From Octopus sinensis (taxonomy: Eukaryota): a stretch of 64,000 bases of DNA. The stretch covers positions 3,100,001 to 3,164,000 of the forward strand of contig NC_043009.1 in NCBI RefSeq assembly GCF_006345805.1. Reading direction: 5' to 3'. Each line of letters starts with the position of its first letter. Within the stretch, counting starts at the first letter, position 1. Below the pieces are notes generated by a model. That model had not been told where the DNA came from. It ran no database searches and was given only the letters and a program-made list of their open reading frames with translations. Below, piece by piece: positions 1 through 12,595 of the stretch. Made by a program: the position numbers and the translations under genes.

Positions 1-965
1 TCGATTGTACGTAACTAGTTGATGAAAGTGTCAATACGATATAGGTAGATTTTTAATGCGGTGGGTAATATATTGTGGACAGGCATTGAAATACCAAGAA
101 GTAAAAGAAAAAGTGTAAGAAAATAAAAAAAAAGAACGATAGATGAAATACTGCAATAAGAATCAATAGACAAAAATAATTGAGAACTGTAAGAAAATCA
201 AAAGTGATTGAGACAGGAAAGTATGGGGAGGGTAGAAAAGATGAATGTGGTCTGGTCATGCAAAATTGTGCAGCAATTTAGACTGAACAAAAAATTAAAG
301 AAAATGCTGGGAGACAAGGAAAGACAGAGAAAGAGGGGGTGAGAACGTGAGTGAAAATGGATGAATGCAAGAAAGAGAGAGAGAGAGAGAATTAGGAAGA
401 AAGGTGGGTAGAAATAATGAAATGAAGGGAATGACGTGTGTGAAGATAAATGATAGAGTGAGAGAGTAAGAAAGGAAGCGAAGCGAGCAGGAGAGAAAGG
501 AGAGAAAAAGTTATTACAAAAGCTATTGAAAAAGAGCGAAGGAACCAGAGGAAGTTAGTGAATGAGGGAAAGGTAGAGCGAGTAAAAGAGACAAGCAGAG
601 AGAAGACCAAAGCAGAAAAGAAAGAGTGAACGATAGCAATAGAAAATTATTGAAAGAGAGAATCAAGAGATGTAAATTTTTTAAGAAGATGGGAGGGTCT
701 GATTTGAGAAATTGTAGGTAGATCGGAAGATATTAAAACATCGATAGACAAAAATTGTAAAGAAGGGGAGAAAATAAAAGTGGAGAACCGATAATGATTT
801 GGAAAGCTCTGAACAGAGAAAGACAGAGTGAAACCGAGAGATATTGAGGGAGGTAACGCGGGCATGACAGAGGAAGGTTGAGAGAGAGAGAGAGGATTGA
901 GATAAGAAAGCGTGAAAACAACAGAGATAGTAGAAAATCAAAATGAAAGACAAGAAAACGTAGAG
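1..965 (-). mobile_element. Decayed non-LTR retrotransposon (I/Jockey-group-like) fragment, endonuclease end to start of RT
   Basis: Minus-strand peptides RSTYNFSNQ (like R.WNF.KA.W) and VFQCLSTIYYPPH*KSTYIVL (like IFN.CL..GYFP..WK.S.II.L at the start of RT); many stops and frameshifts. Confidence 0.5.
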
Positions 966-1451
966 ATACATTAAAATATAAAAACGTGTTGAGTTGAATG
1001 AATTCCTTCGAGTAATGAATTTAATAACTCCAGCCTATGAACTATGAGGAATGTGTCCGGATGGTTTCCGGGAATTATTTAAAATATCGACAACATTGAC
1101 ACTTAATTAAAGCACAAATCCATTGATTCATACGATAGGGTTGCTAAAATCGATAAAATCGAATTAAATCGACAGCAGACGGCTAAATTTCTTAATGGAC
1201 ACGAATTTATTTGCATGTATTTTGTCCTTAATTGATTTAAAATAATATTATTTTAGTGACTGTTTTTTATCCCTTCATTATTGACAGTGTTATTATTTTT
1301 ATTATAATTCTCCTTCTTATTATTAATGCCATTTTGTTATGGTGTTTCTGTTAGTTTTTCGGCTAAAATGTCTTTCCAAACATTTCACACAGAACAGAAA
1401 ATCTTAAAGCCGAATAGGATAATTTAAGTCACCCAAAAAAAAAAAGCTAAC

Positions 1452-1505
1452 ACACATGCACACGTATGCACACACACACACACACATGCACACACACGCA
1501 CACAC

Positions 1506-1545
<40 letters not shown>

Positions 1546-1730
1546 ATCTCTCTCTTTCCCTTTCTCAGTCAATCTATCTATACATACATACATATATACA
1601 TATACATATATATTTTATATACACACACATATATATATGTGTGTATGTGTGTCTGTATTTATATATACACATATATCAATATATATATATATATATTATA
1701 TATATATATAATACATATATATATATATAT

Positions 1731-1764
<34 letters not shown>

Positions 1765-1830
1765 ATATAACGAAGAACATTATATATATATTATATATAT
1801 ATATAGTTATTATAATATATATATATGCAA
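1452..1830. repeat. Compound (AC)n/(AT)n microsatellite
   Basis: Direct reading; source of the HTHT/YIYI ORFs. Confidence 0.95.
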
Positions 1831-2074
1831 CAAAAACAGAAAGTGAATCACATACATATACATGCACAATATATGCACATAAATACACACGTGTTTACGC
1901 TTTCGCATATATTTCGGGGACTCACAAGACACTGAATTAAATACAAAGAAAACCAAACGTACGTGCATAACTTAACCGTTCACATAAACCGCTGATCTCA
2001 CACATACAAAGAACGATGGAATAATAAAATTAAACTAAAAAATATAACACAAAATTTTAAATATACTGATTTAT

Positions 2075-2460
2075 GAAGTACCGAAGCAACCGAAACGCAT
2101 GAAGTATGAAACTTTTACGATATAACACCGACCAGATAATAGCGACACACAACACTCACAATTATTTAATCTGGAATGTAGCATATGATATATAGCTGCC
2201 AACAGATTAAACAACAAGGAGTAGGATCTCCACTGCAGAACGAAGAGCAATTGAAACAGTTCAGAGAAGCAATTTCTATGAAGCAGCTTTCGATTATAAC
2301 CCAGCAGTTCCTTCAGATGACAGTTTCCATTGGTGCAATGACAACTGATTTCATACATTGTGAAGCAAGGAAGTGTCCAGGAGAAACACATGCACTGCGC
2401 TGCAGTGGTAGAAAGGATAAACTCCCTGCAATACACTAACGTCCAGGACCATTGAACCAC
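2075..2460 (+). mobile_element. Helitron RepHel N-terminal fragment (copy 1)
   Basis: Frameshifted peptides FYEAAFDYNPAV... and SIGAMTTDFIHCEARKCPGETHALRCSGRKDKLP resemble the Helitron N-terminal IG.M...C.HC.A.K..GE....CC..GKV.LP motif. Confidence 0.8.
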
Positions 2461-2849
2461 ATATATATTAGAGTGCGCATAACGTTACTAAGACCAGATA
2501 TTTAGGGCGATTACATTATATATAACATTTAACAGGCCGCGGGATTAAAACAAGCCGCTATACTCATCGAGGGTCAGGATTAAATCTCACAATATACTAT
2601 GATGTGACGTATAATGTACAGCATCGTGTAGGACGTTCAAACGGTTCTGGTAATGCATTACATTGGTGGATGCATACATTTAAAATTCAATATATCCGCT
2701 TGCACTTTTCTGTGTTGGTAAAACATTGCTTCATCGACGAGTGGCAACGCGCTCGACATATGAAATTTTGTGATTGAAAACTATACACATGTGCACAATA
2801 TTACATTGACACATGTTGTATATGTAATATATATAAATTATATATATAT

Positions 2850-2883
<34 letters not shown>

Positions 2884-3120
2884 TATACGTGACCTCAGGC
2901 AGGAGAGGGGTACAATGATTTCCCTTTGTAAATACTGATCGTGACCAGACAGCGTGTCATTAGCTAGCTGGAGGAGATAACTTCCTGGGGCTATAAACAG
3001 TAGCTTCGTCTCGTATAAGTCAGCGACATTTAGGTGTCAAATATACTTTAAGATGTTGTGCTGCTACTATTTAAATCTCGCTCAGAGATTTATCATTGCT
3101 ATATATATATATATACACAT

Positions 3121-3372
3121 TTATACATTTGTTTTGCAAGTTTTTTTGATGTGACATCGTGTGTTGAAACAGATATTGTTGTATTAAGGAATGGTCATTT
3201 TGCCAGTTTAGCCATTAAAAACACACGCACTATATATAGTCTGTGTGGCCGAAATAAGATTAAGATTAATGTAAAAAATAAATAACTCTGAAGCAAACTA
3301 ACACCAATATATAGTGCGTTTGTTTTTATTGGCTAAACTGGCAAAATGATCATTCCTAAATACAACAATATA
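3121..3372. repeat. Fold-back element: about 66 bp inverted arms (3173-3238 / 3307-3372), homologous to the gypsy leader at 59559-59670
   Basis: atattgttgtattaaggaatggtcattttgccagtttagccattaaaaacacacgcactatatat versus the reverse complement of the right arm, about 4 mismatches. Confidence 0.85.
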
Positions 3373-3684
3373 TATATATATTATATATATATATATATAT
3401 AATTATATATATAACTCACCCCGAGTTAAAGATGATAATGAAATTTCAAAACGCCATCTAGATTACATAAGTCTCAACTGCTAGTAGCCGAGATATCAAA
3501 TTTCTACATTAATAACCCTCCATTCAATGCCAGCATGAGACTTAGACGTTAAGTGAAATGTTAAAAGAAAGTTTACAACCCATATATGTATATAAAGTAA
3601 ATATACGTATTTCAAAAACACATTCTCTGTAGCTTATTTCGTAATAAAAAAAAAACAATACAGATTATAAACAATCAAAGGCCA

Positions 3685-4480
3685 ATTTTGGTGATGCATT
3701 TGACAGAGGTAGTAGGGAGCCAATCTGATGATAAATCTGACCTTGGAAGTTTGCATGAATCCTGATTCAGTTGAATCTCTTGTGGCTCCAAATGATGTCA
3801 TCTCTAGTGTAGCGTTGCATTGCCTAATTTTGTTGTGGACGTGCTTGGAATCTACTTTAGTTGATGACAGCAGTTTCTTGAATGGCTCTGGAGGTTGGGG
3901 ATTGCACCAATGGAAACACCAGTGTCATCTGCACAATGAACTGCTGAGTTATAATTGAAAATTGCTTCATAGAAGTTGCTTCTCTGATTTGCTGCAACTG
4001 CTCTTCGTTCTGCAGTGGAGATCCTATTCTTCGTCAGCCGTCTATAACTCTGTTCACCACATTCAGAGGCTCTGGTTTTGTAGTGCACAGTCTGTTTGTT
4101 TCTTCGCATGCTTCCCTTTCTGCAGCAGTCTCTGTTTCCCTGAACAGAGACATATTTTTGACTGACCTTCACATTGTAGACACGTTTGACAATTTCCTAC
4201 TAAGTATGGTTATATACATATACAGAAATACACGGGTACAAAAGATAGTAAACAATACAAATAACTGGGTAACGAAAATTACGTCACTTCTCTCAGTAAT
4301 TATGTATGAAATTACGTTCATTAGTAATTGTGAACAACTTTCTGTCAGTAATTTGTCGTTGTTGCTTGTAAATAGCGATTGAAAATATACAGTGAAAACA
4401 ATAGCGACTGAACTCAAAGTGAAAGCAATACCGTCTGAAAAATGAAAGTGAATACAATAGAGAGTGAGTTTGATATAGGG
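3685..4480 (-). mobile_element. Helitron RepHel N-terminal fragment (copy 2)
   Basis: Minus-strand PQPPEPFKKLLSSTKVDSKHVHNKIRQCNATLEMTSFGA...QIYHQIGSLLP matches the Helitron PPEPL..LL....SKHF...IR.YN..FQMTSFGA...GQIYH.IGSLLP block; about 80% identical by eye to copy 1 over about 120 bp. Confidence 0.85.
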
Positions 4481-4611
4481 AGAGGGGAAAAGAGAACTAG
4501 CTAGTTAGACAAATAAGATAGAGAGCGAGAGAGATCGATAGAGAGATAGAGCAAGAGACTGAGGCTAGAAAATGATTTTATGACCAATGGATGTTGAAGA
4601 ACATTTAGGCA

Positions 4612-4795
4612 TCGAGCTAGCAGTTTTGTTACCTAACAGAACGAAACGCTTCGTGCCATTAATTTCAGCTTCGTATTTCGAGTTCAAATTCCGCCGAGGT
4701 CGAGAAAATACATATATAAGTTGAGGGCTGGAGTCGATATATTCGATTATCTACCTCGCCCAAAATTTCAAGCCCTGTGCTTGTACAAGAAAATA
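4612..4795 (+). mobile_element. SINE family D, degenerate copy
   Basis: gagctagcag...gagttcaaattccgccgaggtcga similar to 49896-50260. Confidence 0.6.
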
Positions 4796-4824
4796 CTTTT
4801 AGCAAGCGACATAACAATTATGGT

Positions 4825-5072
4825 GGAGGTGCGTAGTTTAGTAGTTAGGGTGTCAGCATCATGATCGTAAGATTGTGGTTTCGATTCCTGTGCCTAGCGA
4901 TGCGTTGTGTTCTTTAGCAAAACACTTCATTTCACATGCTCAAGTCCACTCAGCTGGCAAAAATGAGTAAGGCTGCGATGGACTGGCGTCCGGTCCAGCT
5001 GGGGAGCACATACGCCATAGAAACCGGGAAACCGGCCCCATGAGCCTGGCTAGGCTTTAAAAGGGCACATTT
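4825..5072 (+). mobile_element. tRNA-derived SINE, head A + tail Y
   Basis: A/B-box-like head, ccactcagctggcaaaaatgag core, then tail gatggactggcgtcc...gaaaccgggaaacc...catgagcctggctagg shared with 13681 copy. Confidence 0.8.
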
Positions 5073-5859
5073 ATCATTTTTTTCTTTATTATAATAATTA
5101 TGACATTTTCCTCAGCACAATATAAACAACATGTTTAAACCGGGAATTGAAAACGCAACGTCATCTTCGAATTCTTTGTTGTCTGCTTTCTATTTCTTTT
5201 AACGTCCTTCATCACAATTTCCCTCCCATAAACTTGTTTTATGGAAATTTCTTCTTAAACTCATTCTATACCGATTTCTAAGCTTCCATTGATTTTTGTG
5301 AAGAAATATATTTCACAAAAGAAAAACAAAGACGAGAAAAAAGTTATTTGTATAAAGGTGGATATAAGGATTAAGCTTGTTTTGTTCTCGTGTTATTTAT
5401 AAATTCAGCGAAGACAACAACAACAACTTCCACCATCCTAAACAATTATCATCTTTATCTTATTTTAGAAATTTTAATTCAATTTCCAAGTCGTGGTATC
5501 ATGCTAGATTATCACAGCTTTATATTTTTTTAATTCCGGCTTTTATTTTTATATTTTGTGAGCAATATGCGATATTCTAGTTATCTTCGTGTTTGCTTGT
5601 TTTTTCGCCCAAAGAGAAGCCCAAAGACAAGTGACGAAATGTATTTCAACAAAGACCATCCTGTCTGTTTCGAAAAATGCTGAGCTATATTCTTTAATGT
5701 TGTTGCTTTTATTTTTAACATAAGATTGATTTATTCTGCAAATCAGCGTTTGTATAACGACCACGTAATGATTCGCTGTAAATATATTTGATACTACAAA
5801 ATATTAGTGACTATATAGGTGTCTTTCGACTAACAATTTACTTTGTTGACATCAGGTTT

Positions 5860-6249
5860 TTATTTCTTTATTGTCCACAAGGGGCTAAACATAGAGGGGG
5901 ACAAATCAATTACATCGACCCCAGTGCGGAACTGGTACTTAATTTACTGATCCCGAAAGGATGTAAACAAAGTCGACCTCGGCGGAATTTGAATTCAGAA
6001 CGTAACAGCAGATGAAATACCTATTTCTTTACTACACACAAGGGGCTAAACACAGAGGGGACAAACAAGGACAGACAAACGGATTAAGATGATTATATCG
6101 ACCCCAGTGCGTTACTGGTACTTATTTAGTCGACCCCGAAACGATGAAAGGCAAAGTCAAACTCAGCGGAATTTGAACTCAGAACGTAACGGCAGACGAA
6201 ATACGGCTACGCATTTCACCCACGTGCTAACGGTTCTGCCAGCTCGCTA
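5860..6249 (-). mobile_element. SINE family D with internal tandem duplication of body
   Basis: Reverse complement of 49896-50260; the gttctgagttcaaattccgccgaggtcgac unit occurs twice. Confidence 0.85.
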
Positions 6250-6341
6250 CATTTGCTGACATCCGTTTCTAATTCACATGTGATTGTTTATATTTCTATG
6301 ATGATCGTTTAAATTTTCACTGCTTTAATTTTAACAAGAGT

Positions 6342-6645
6342 GGAGGCACATGGCCTTGTGGCTAGAGCAGCGGACTCGCGGTGGAGGGATCGCGGGTTCG
6401 AATCTCAGACTGGGCGATGTGCGTGTTTCTGAGCGAAGCACCTAAGATCCAGGCGGCTCCGGTAGAAGGTAATGGCGAAACTTCTGTTGACTCTTTCGCC
6501 ACAACTTTCTCTCACTCTTTCCTACTGCATATTGCAGCTCACCTGCGACGGACCGGCGTCCCGTCTAGGTGGGGAACCTATACGCCAAGGAAACCGGGAA
6601 AGCGGCCCTTATGAGCCAGATATGGCTCGAGAAGGAACAAACAAT
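6342..6645 (+). mobile_element. tRNA-derived SINE, head B + tail Y variant
   Basis: ggaggcacatggcc...gcagcggactcgcgg...ggttcgaatc head; gaaaccgggaaagcggccctt tail. Confidence 0.85.
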
Positions 6646-6984
6646 TTCTATTTGGTATGTTTCGCATTTGGTTGAAATTTGTCGCTTCATTGTTTCCAGA
6701 GTCGAACAATATATTTTACCGATGAAACTGCAATTGCAACTGAAATTGTTAGTGCAATTGTTATTGTAAATCTCATACAAATAAACATCGTAAGCCCGCA
6801 AATTACAGATGAGGCCAAAGATGATATGCATGGAATTATCGCAGCACCGACCGAAATAAAAGCGAGATTTGGGTGTCAGAGAAGCTTTAGTCCCCGAAAA
6901 GAGCAAGATATTATTCTTTAAAATTCTTTACATATAATTTCTGCTTTCTCTACATCTCTCGCCCCCCACCCCAACCCTCTCTTT

Positions 6985-6989
6985 CTCTC

Positions 6990-7034
<45 letters not shown>

Positions 7035-7132
7035 TACATATATCTATATATATATATATATATATATATAAACGTATATATGCATATATACATACCTACA
7101 AACAGATATATATATATATATATATATATGTG

Positions 7133-7174
<42 letters not shown>

Positions 7175-7296
7175 TACGTATACATATATATGTATATACA
7201 TACACATATGTATATATACGTATATGTGAATATATACATACATATATATACATATCTGTGTATATATGTACATATACATATATATCTATATATAAA

Positions 7297-7348
<52 letters not shown>

Positions 7349-7450
7349 GGTGTGTGGATGTGCGTGTGTGTGTGGGTATGTCTGTGTGTAGGTGTCTGTG
7401 TGTGTGTGTGTGTAGGTGTGTGTGTGTGTGTGTGTGCATATGTATATAAA
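6985..7450. repeat. Compound (CT)n/(AT)n/(GT)n microsatellite
   Basis: Direct reading. Confidence 0.95.
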
Positions 7451-7756
7451 TATATGTCCGTGAATGTCTTTGTAAATTTCTGAAAAGCATTTCAGAAACA
7501 GAATATTAAGTTCTTATTTAGCTTTTCATTTAATATGTCCAGCAAGATGAAATTCTGACAAAAGACGTAGTTATGAGACTTCAATAATATACATCGCTAA
7601 GTAGAATAGATAAAGTGTCATTAGGATACGATGTTAAAGTGACAGCTTGTGATTTTTTATCGTTGTTATAATTAGCGTCTATTTTTCCCTCAACACAATC
7701 TTTGCCTATTCATCTAATTGTCATTGCCTGTCGTTCCACTGAAAGTATGTGTTGTC

Positions 7757-8081
<325 letters not shown>

Positions 8082-8189
8082 CGCTTTAGGACTTTTATAC
8101 TCACTTATTTTAGTTGAATCTGCATGTTTCAAGACAGTGAACTTTCTGAAATTCAACTGAGAAACAGCCTACGCCAGTGTTGTACGCAG

Positions 8190-8315
8190 AAAATGCTGTC
8201 ACCACAAAGAATAATCTCTGATATAACGACAGCCATAAAGGACCATGGTTCAGCAGTATATCGAACCACAAGCAAAGCCTATAAATTTGTTGGAGCTCCT
8301 AATACAACTCTGTAG
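8190..8315 (+). mobile_element. Possible pogo/psq-type HTH relic
   Basis: DITTAIKDHGSAVYRTTSKAYKFVGAPNTTL* loosely resembles psq HTH A.K.FG.P.TTL; no TIR found. Confidence 0.25.
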
Positions 8316-8979
8316 AAGGACTGTTTTGCTGTTAATATCATGCCTGCTAATGAGGATAGCTTTCTTGTCACCGGATAATAATAGTGTTGGTGTGTTTTTA
8401 TCCGATTTCACCTACAAAGTTTATCATATGCTCTTTGACATTATTATATTTCAGTTTTGGATGTATATAAAAATTAATTACACGCGCGCAACGTGCGCTC
8501 ACGCACACACACACACGCACACACACACACACTATCTCACACACACGTACGTTCAAATAATAACAGTCTTGAATATAAGTCTGTGTTATTCTCCGTTCTG
8601 CAACATTATGCATATTAATATATTTTCATTTCTTTTCTTTTTATTAAAACATGTTTTTCGCTTCAAAATTAAAGTTAATGTTTTCATTCTTCCGTGAAAA
8701 GTAATCAATCAGAAATTTGCAACATTTTTTTTTACTTTGGCTATTCTCAAATTCTCGCATTCCATTCAAATGACCGCACACATGCTCACGCATACATATA
8801 TACAAACATATATACATACATACATATACATACATACATACACCTGTAGATACGTATATATATATATATGTATATATGTACGCATGAAAACATGCGCAGA
8901 CATACACACACAAATATATATATAATCATATATAAATATATATTTATGTGTGTGTGCATGTTTGCGTTTGTATACATGC

Positions 8980-9032
<53 letters not shown>

Positions 9033-9463
9033 TATGTGTGTGTGTGTTACATGCTTCTTTCGGCTACTGTCTACAAAATCCACTCACAAACCTTTGGCCG
9101 TACCGTGCTTGCAGACAAGATGAACCGAGATGTGTATGGATATGGACCCGCTTCGATGACAAATCCTAAGCTCCATTTACTGGATTCACAGTTATTGTGA
9201 GATAATAAAAAAATAACTGAACATTCTAAAAACACTTGTAGATATTTAGCAGACACTTATACCTGTGTCATTTATACTAGTAGTTATTCCATCGACACTT
9301 GTGGCCTTATCTGCATGATTTGTGTTAACCAGGGTATACTTTTAAATGACTGCTGTCGTCATTTAAAGAAGGATCGAGAAGTCCAAAAGTAAAGTACTTT
9401 TAAATAGTGCGACGCAGATGGAACGAAATCGGGAATCCTTGACTGGGAACATTAGCAGATGTT

Positions 9464-9757
9464 GAAGGCGCGTGGCTTAGTGGTTAGGGGCATTCGGCTC
9501 ATGATCGTAACGTGGTGAGTTCAATTACCGGCAGCGCGTTGTGTCCTTGAGCAAGACACTTTATTTTACGTTGCTCCAGTCCACTCAGCTGGCAGAAAAT
9601 GAGCAGTACCTGTATTTCAAAGGACCAGCCCTTGTCACACTCTGTGTCACGCTGAATCTCCCCGAGAACTACGTTAAGGGTACATGTGTCTGTGGAGTGC
9701 TCAGCCACTTACACGTTAATTTCACGAGCAGGCTGTTCCGTTGATCGTATTAGCTGG
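9464..9757 (+). mobile_element. tRNA-derived SINE, head A + tail X (3' truncated, fused to next SINE)
   Basis: ggcgcgtggcttagtggttaggg head; near-identical to 11985-12302. Confidence 0.9.
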
Positions 9758-9912
9758 GCCAGTGTTCAGGGCAGCGGTCTCGCGGTCGTGGGATCGCAGT
9801 TTCAATTCCCAAGCAGGGCGGTGTGAAATTTTTTTATTGAGCGAAAACACATAAATCTTGACGAGACTCTAGTAGGGGTTGTGAACCCTGATGTATACTT
9901 TCACCACAACTT

Positions 9913-9952
<40 letters not shown>

Positions 9953-10160
9953 TCTCTCTCTTTCTTCCTGTTTCAGTTGTACCTTTATTTCAAACGAGCC
10001 AGCCTTGTCACACTATGTGTCACACTGAATCTCCCCGAGAACTACGTTAAGGGTACACGTGTTTGTGGAGTGCTCAGCCACTTCCATGTTAATTTCACGA
10101 GCAAGCTGTTCCGTTGATCGTATCAGCTGGGACCCTCCTCGTCGCAACCGACGGTGTGCT
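9755..10160 (+). mobile_element. tRNA-derived SINE, head B + tail X
   Basis: agtgttcagggcagcggtctcgcggtcgtgg head; tail ctgaatctccccgagaactacgttaagggtac...; close to 25532 copy. Confidence 0.9.
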
Positions 10161-10885
10161 CCTTCAGCATTCGGCCATGCTGTACATACTATAAACTTTA
10201 AGCATAACATAGTGTTGTATATGAAGACACAAACCTAAATATCATGAAATCTTTAGTTAGAAAATGGCCTGGAGGTATCATAAATATAAACTCTACCACA
10301 TATTTACAACTTCAAATTGTCTAGATATTGAATCAATTACAATAGCTGCAAATTCTTCATAGTATTCTTATAATTTCTTCGAAATATGTCTACATACTTG
10401 ACACAAGACAAAATAAATTCTTCTCAAATGCTTCCAACAACATTACACTGGTTGCAAACTCAATTTCATGAAACATATTTATGTTTTCGAGAAGGTTATG
10501 TCTTGAAAACAACATACTGTCTGTCTGCAACCTATAAAAATTGACTGGCTGGTCTCAAACATGTTTCGAAGCGTGAAATTGCACGCATAGCTTTCTAACG
10601 ATGACAAGAAGTTATATTTTACAGAAACACTATATATGAGTTAAACATATTAATTTTCTTCAGAATACTTATTTTTTTTACTACTCATACTGTGTTAGTA
10701 TAATAGTGTATATTTTAACAATAGTCTGCGTATACGGGGAGATACATGAAAGCACTTTCTAATAATGTTGCTATAGAATATTACGAAAAGATTTCAACAA
10801 AGGAATCGTAGAAATAATCTTGTAAAATGAAAGTAACTTTGTGTAAATAATTAATGATGCAATACACCATCCACCACAGTAGCTG

Positions 10886-10962
<77 letters not shown>

Positions 10963-10996
10963 TATATATATATATATATATATATACTCGCTCTCT

Positions 10997-11191
10997 TTTG
11001 TTTGTCATTTGACTGCAGCCGTGTTGGAGCACCTCATTTAGTCGAGCAAATCGATCGGAGGACTTATTCTATCGGTCTCTTTTGTCGATCCGCTAGGTTA
11101 CGGAGATGTAAACACACCAGCACCGGTTGTCAAGCGATGTTGTGAGGACAATCACAGACACGCAAACACACACACACACACATACACACAC

Positions 11192-11230
<39 letters not shown>

Positions 11231-11335
11231 TACGACGGGCTTCTTTCAGTTTCCGCCTACCAAATCCACTCACAAGGCTTTGGTCGACCCGAAGCTATAG
11301 TAGAAGCCCAAGCTGCTTCGCAGTAGGATTGATTC
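10997..11335 (-). mobile_element. SINE family C with internal (AC)/(AT) tract, 5' part missing
   Basis: gtcatttgactgc...gacgggcttctttcagtttcc...ccactcacaaggctttggtcg; reverse of 45703 copy. Confidence 0.85.
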
Positions 11336-11984
11336 CGATATATATATATGTATGTATTTATCAGTCCAATAGAGAACATATACCATTGTGTAATTGTTTC
11401 GTCCCCAATCAACCTACAAAGAGCAAATTAAGTACTACAGGAGTATTTTCGACCGTCCCCATTTGGTCTTCTGTTCTTCCGGTTCAATATTGTTCGCTAA
11501 TGATTTTTAAAAGAATGCAGGTTGCGATTTTAAATATATGTGACTGCAAGTTTTACAAGGACTCGCAGGGATAAACACAGGCATATCACTTCCTTAGCTG
11601 ATTTAATATACCTTTTGCAGGTGAATATCGTTAATCGTTCACTTGGTCATCTATTGTTTAAATGGTTAAATATGTTATAAAACTATTTCTTAAGTAGAAT
11701 CGTATAAAGCTTCGTATCTCAATTTAGATTCCGTTCCACTAAATGCATTCAATATTTCGAAATGTGTTCACAAAATATAAAACAGTTCTTGCCATTAAAT
11801 TGATAATGGCGTACATGTTATGCATGAATAATGCGTAGATATTTACATGTATAACTTACTGGGGTTTTTTTTCTCTGACATGATGCGCTGCTAAATATCA
11901 AGTACTGCAACCTCCAAGTTTAGACATTTGAAAGCCTTATTGTGTTGTGTTACAGTTTCCATCTACCAACACATGAGTATAAGT

Positions 11985-12302
11985 GAGGGCGCGTGGCTTA
12001 GTGGTTAGGGCATTCGGCTCATGATCGTAAGGTTGTGAGTTCGATTCCCGGCGACGCGTTGTGTTCTTGAGCAAGACACTTTGTTTCACGTTGCTCCAGT
12101 CCACTCAGCTGGTAAAAATGAGTTGTACCTGTATTACAAAGGGTCCACCCATGTCACACTCTGTGTCACGCTGAATCTCCCTGAGAACTACGTTAGGGGT
12201 ACACGTGTCTGTGGAATACTCAGCCATTTGCACGTTAATTTCACGAGCAAGCTGTTCCGTTGATCGTATCAGCTGGGACTCTCGCCGTCGTAACCGACGG
12301 AG
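11985..12302 (+). mobile_element. tRNA-derived SINE, head A + tail X
   Basis: A box tggcttagtgg, B box gagttcgattcc, complete tail to gtaaccgacggag. Confidence 0.9.
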
Positions 12303-12518
12303 TTATGTTTATATTTATATTTATATTTAAATTTATATTTTTCACCGGAATGGTTCAATACTGAATTTTTATTCCGAGTAAGCAATTTGTTACCGAAATG
12401 CATTGCGAATAAGCCTGCCATTTTCATAGATATATAAAGATAAACATTCGTACATGCTACGACGAATTCTACGGTTGGCTATCGAGTTTGTAATGTTATG
12501 TTTTTTCGTATATCTCTT

Positions 12519-12595
12519 GAGTTTGTTGCACTGATGAACATGGAATGCATATTCTGCATTAATTGCGAAATCACAGGTGATATGTAACTAAATTC
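12519..12595 (+). ncRNA. Type I hammerhead ribozyme candidate (A10.1.C11.1 mismatch)
   Basis: CTGATGA 12531-37, stem II hairpin 12538-66, GAAA 12567-70, stem III ATCA-cagg-TGAT, triplet AUA, 12 bp stem I with one bulged U. Confidence 0.7.

Noticed and set aside
11985-12060. tRNA genes at SINE heads (also 18096, 48304 and others)
   Set aside because: A/B boxes are present but there is no full cloverleaf, and each continues into a SINE body
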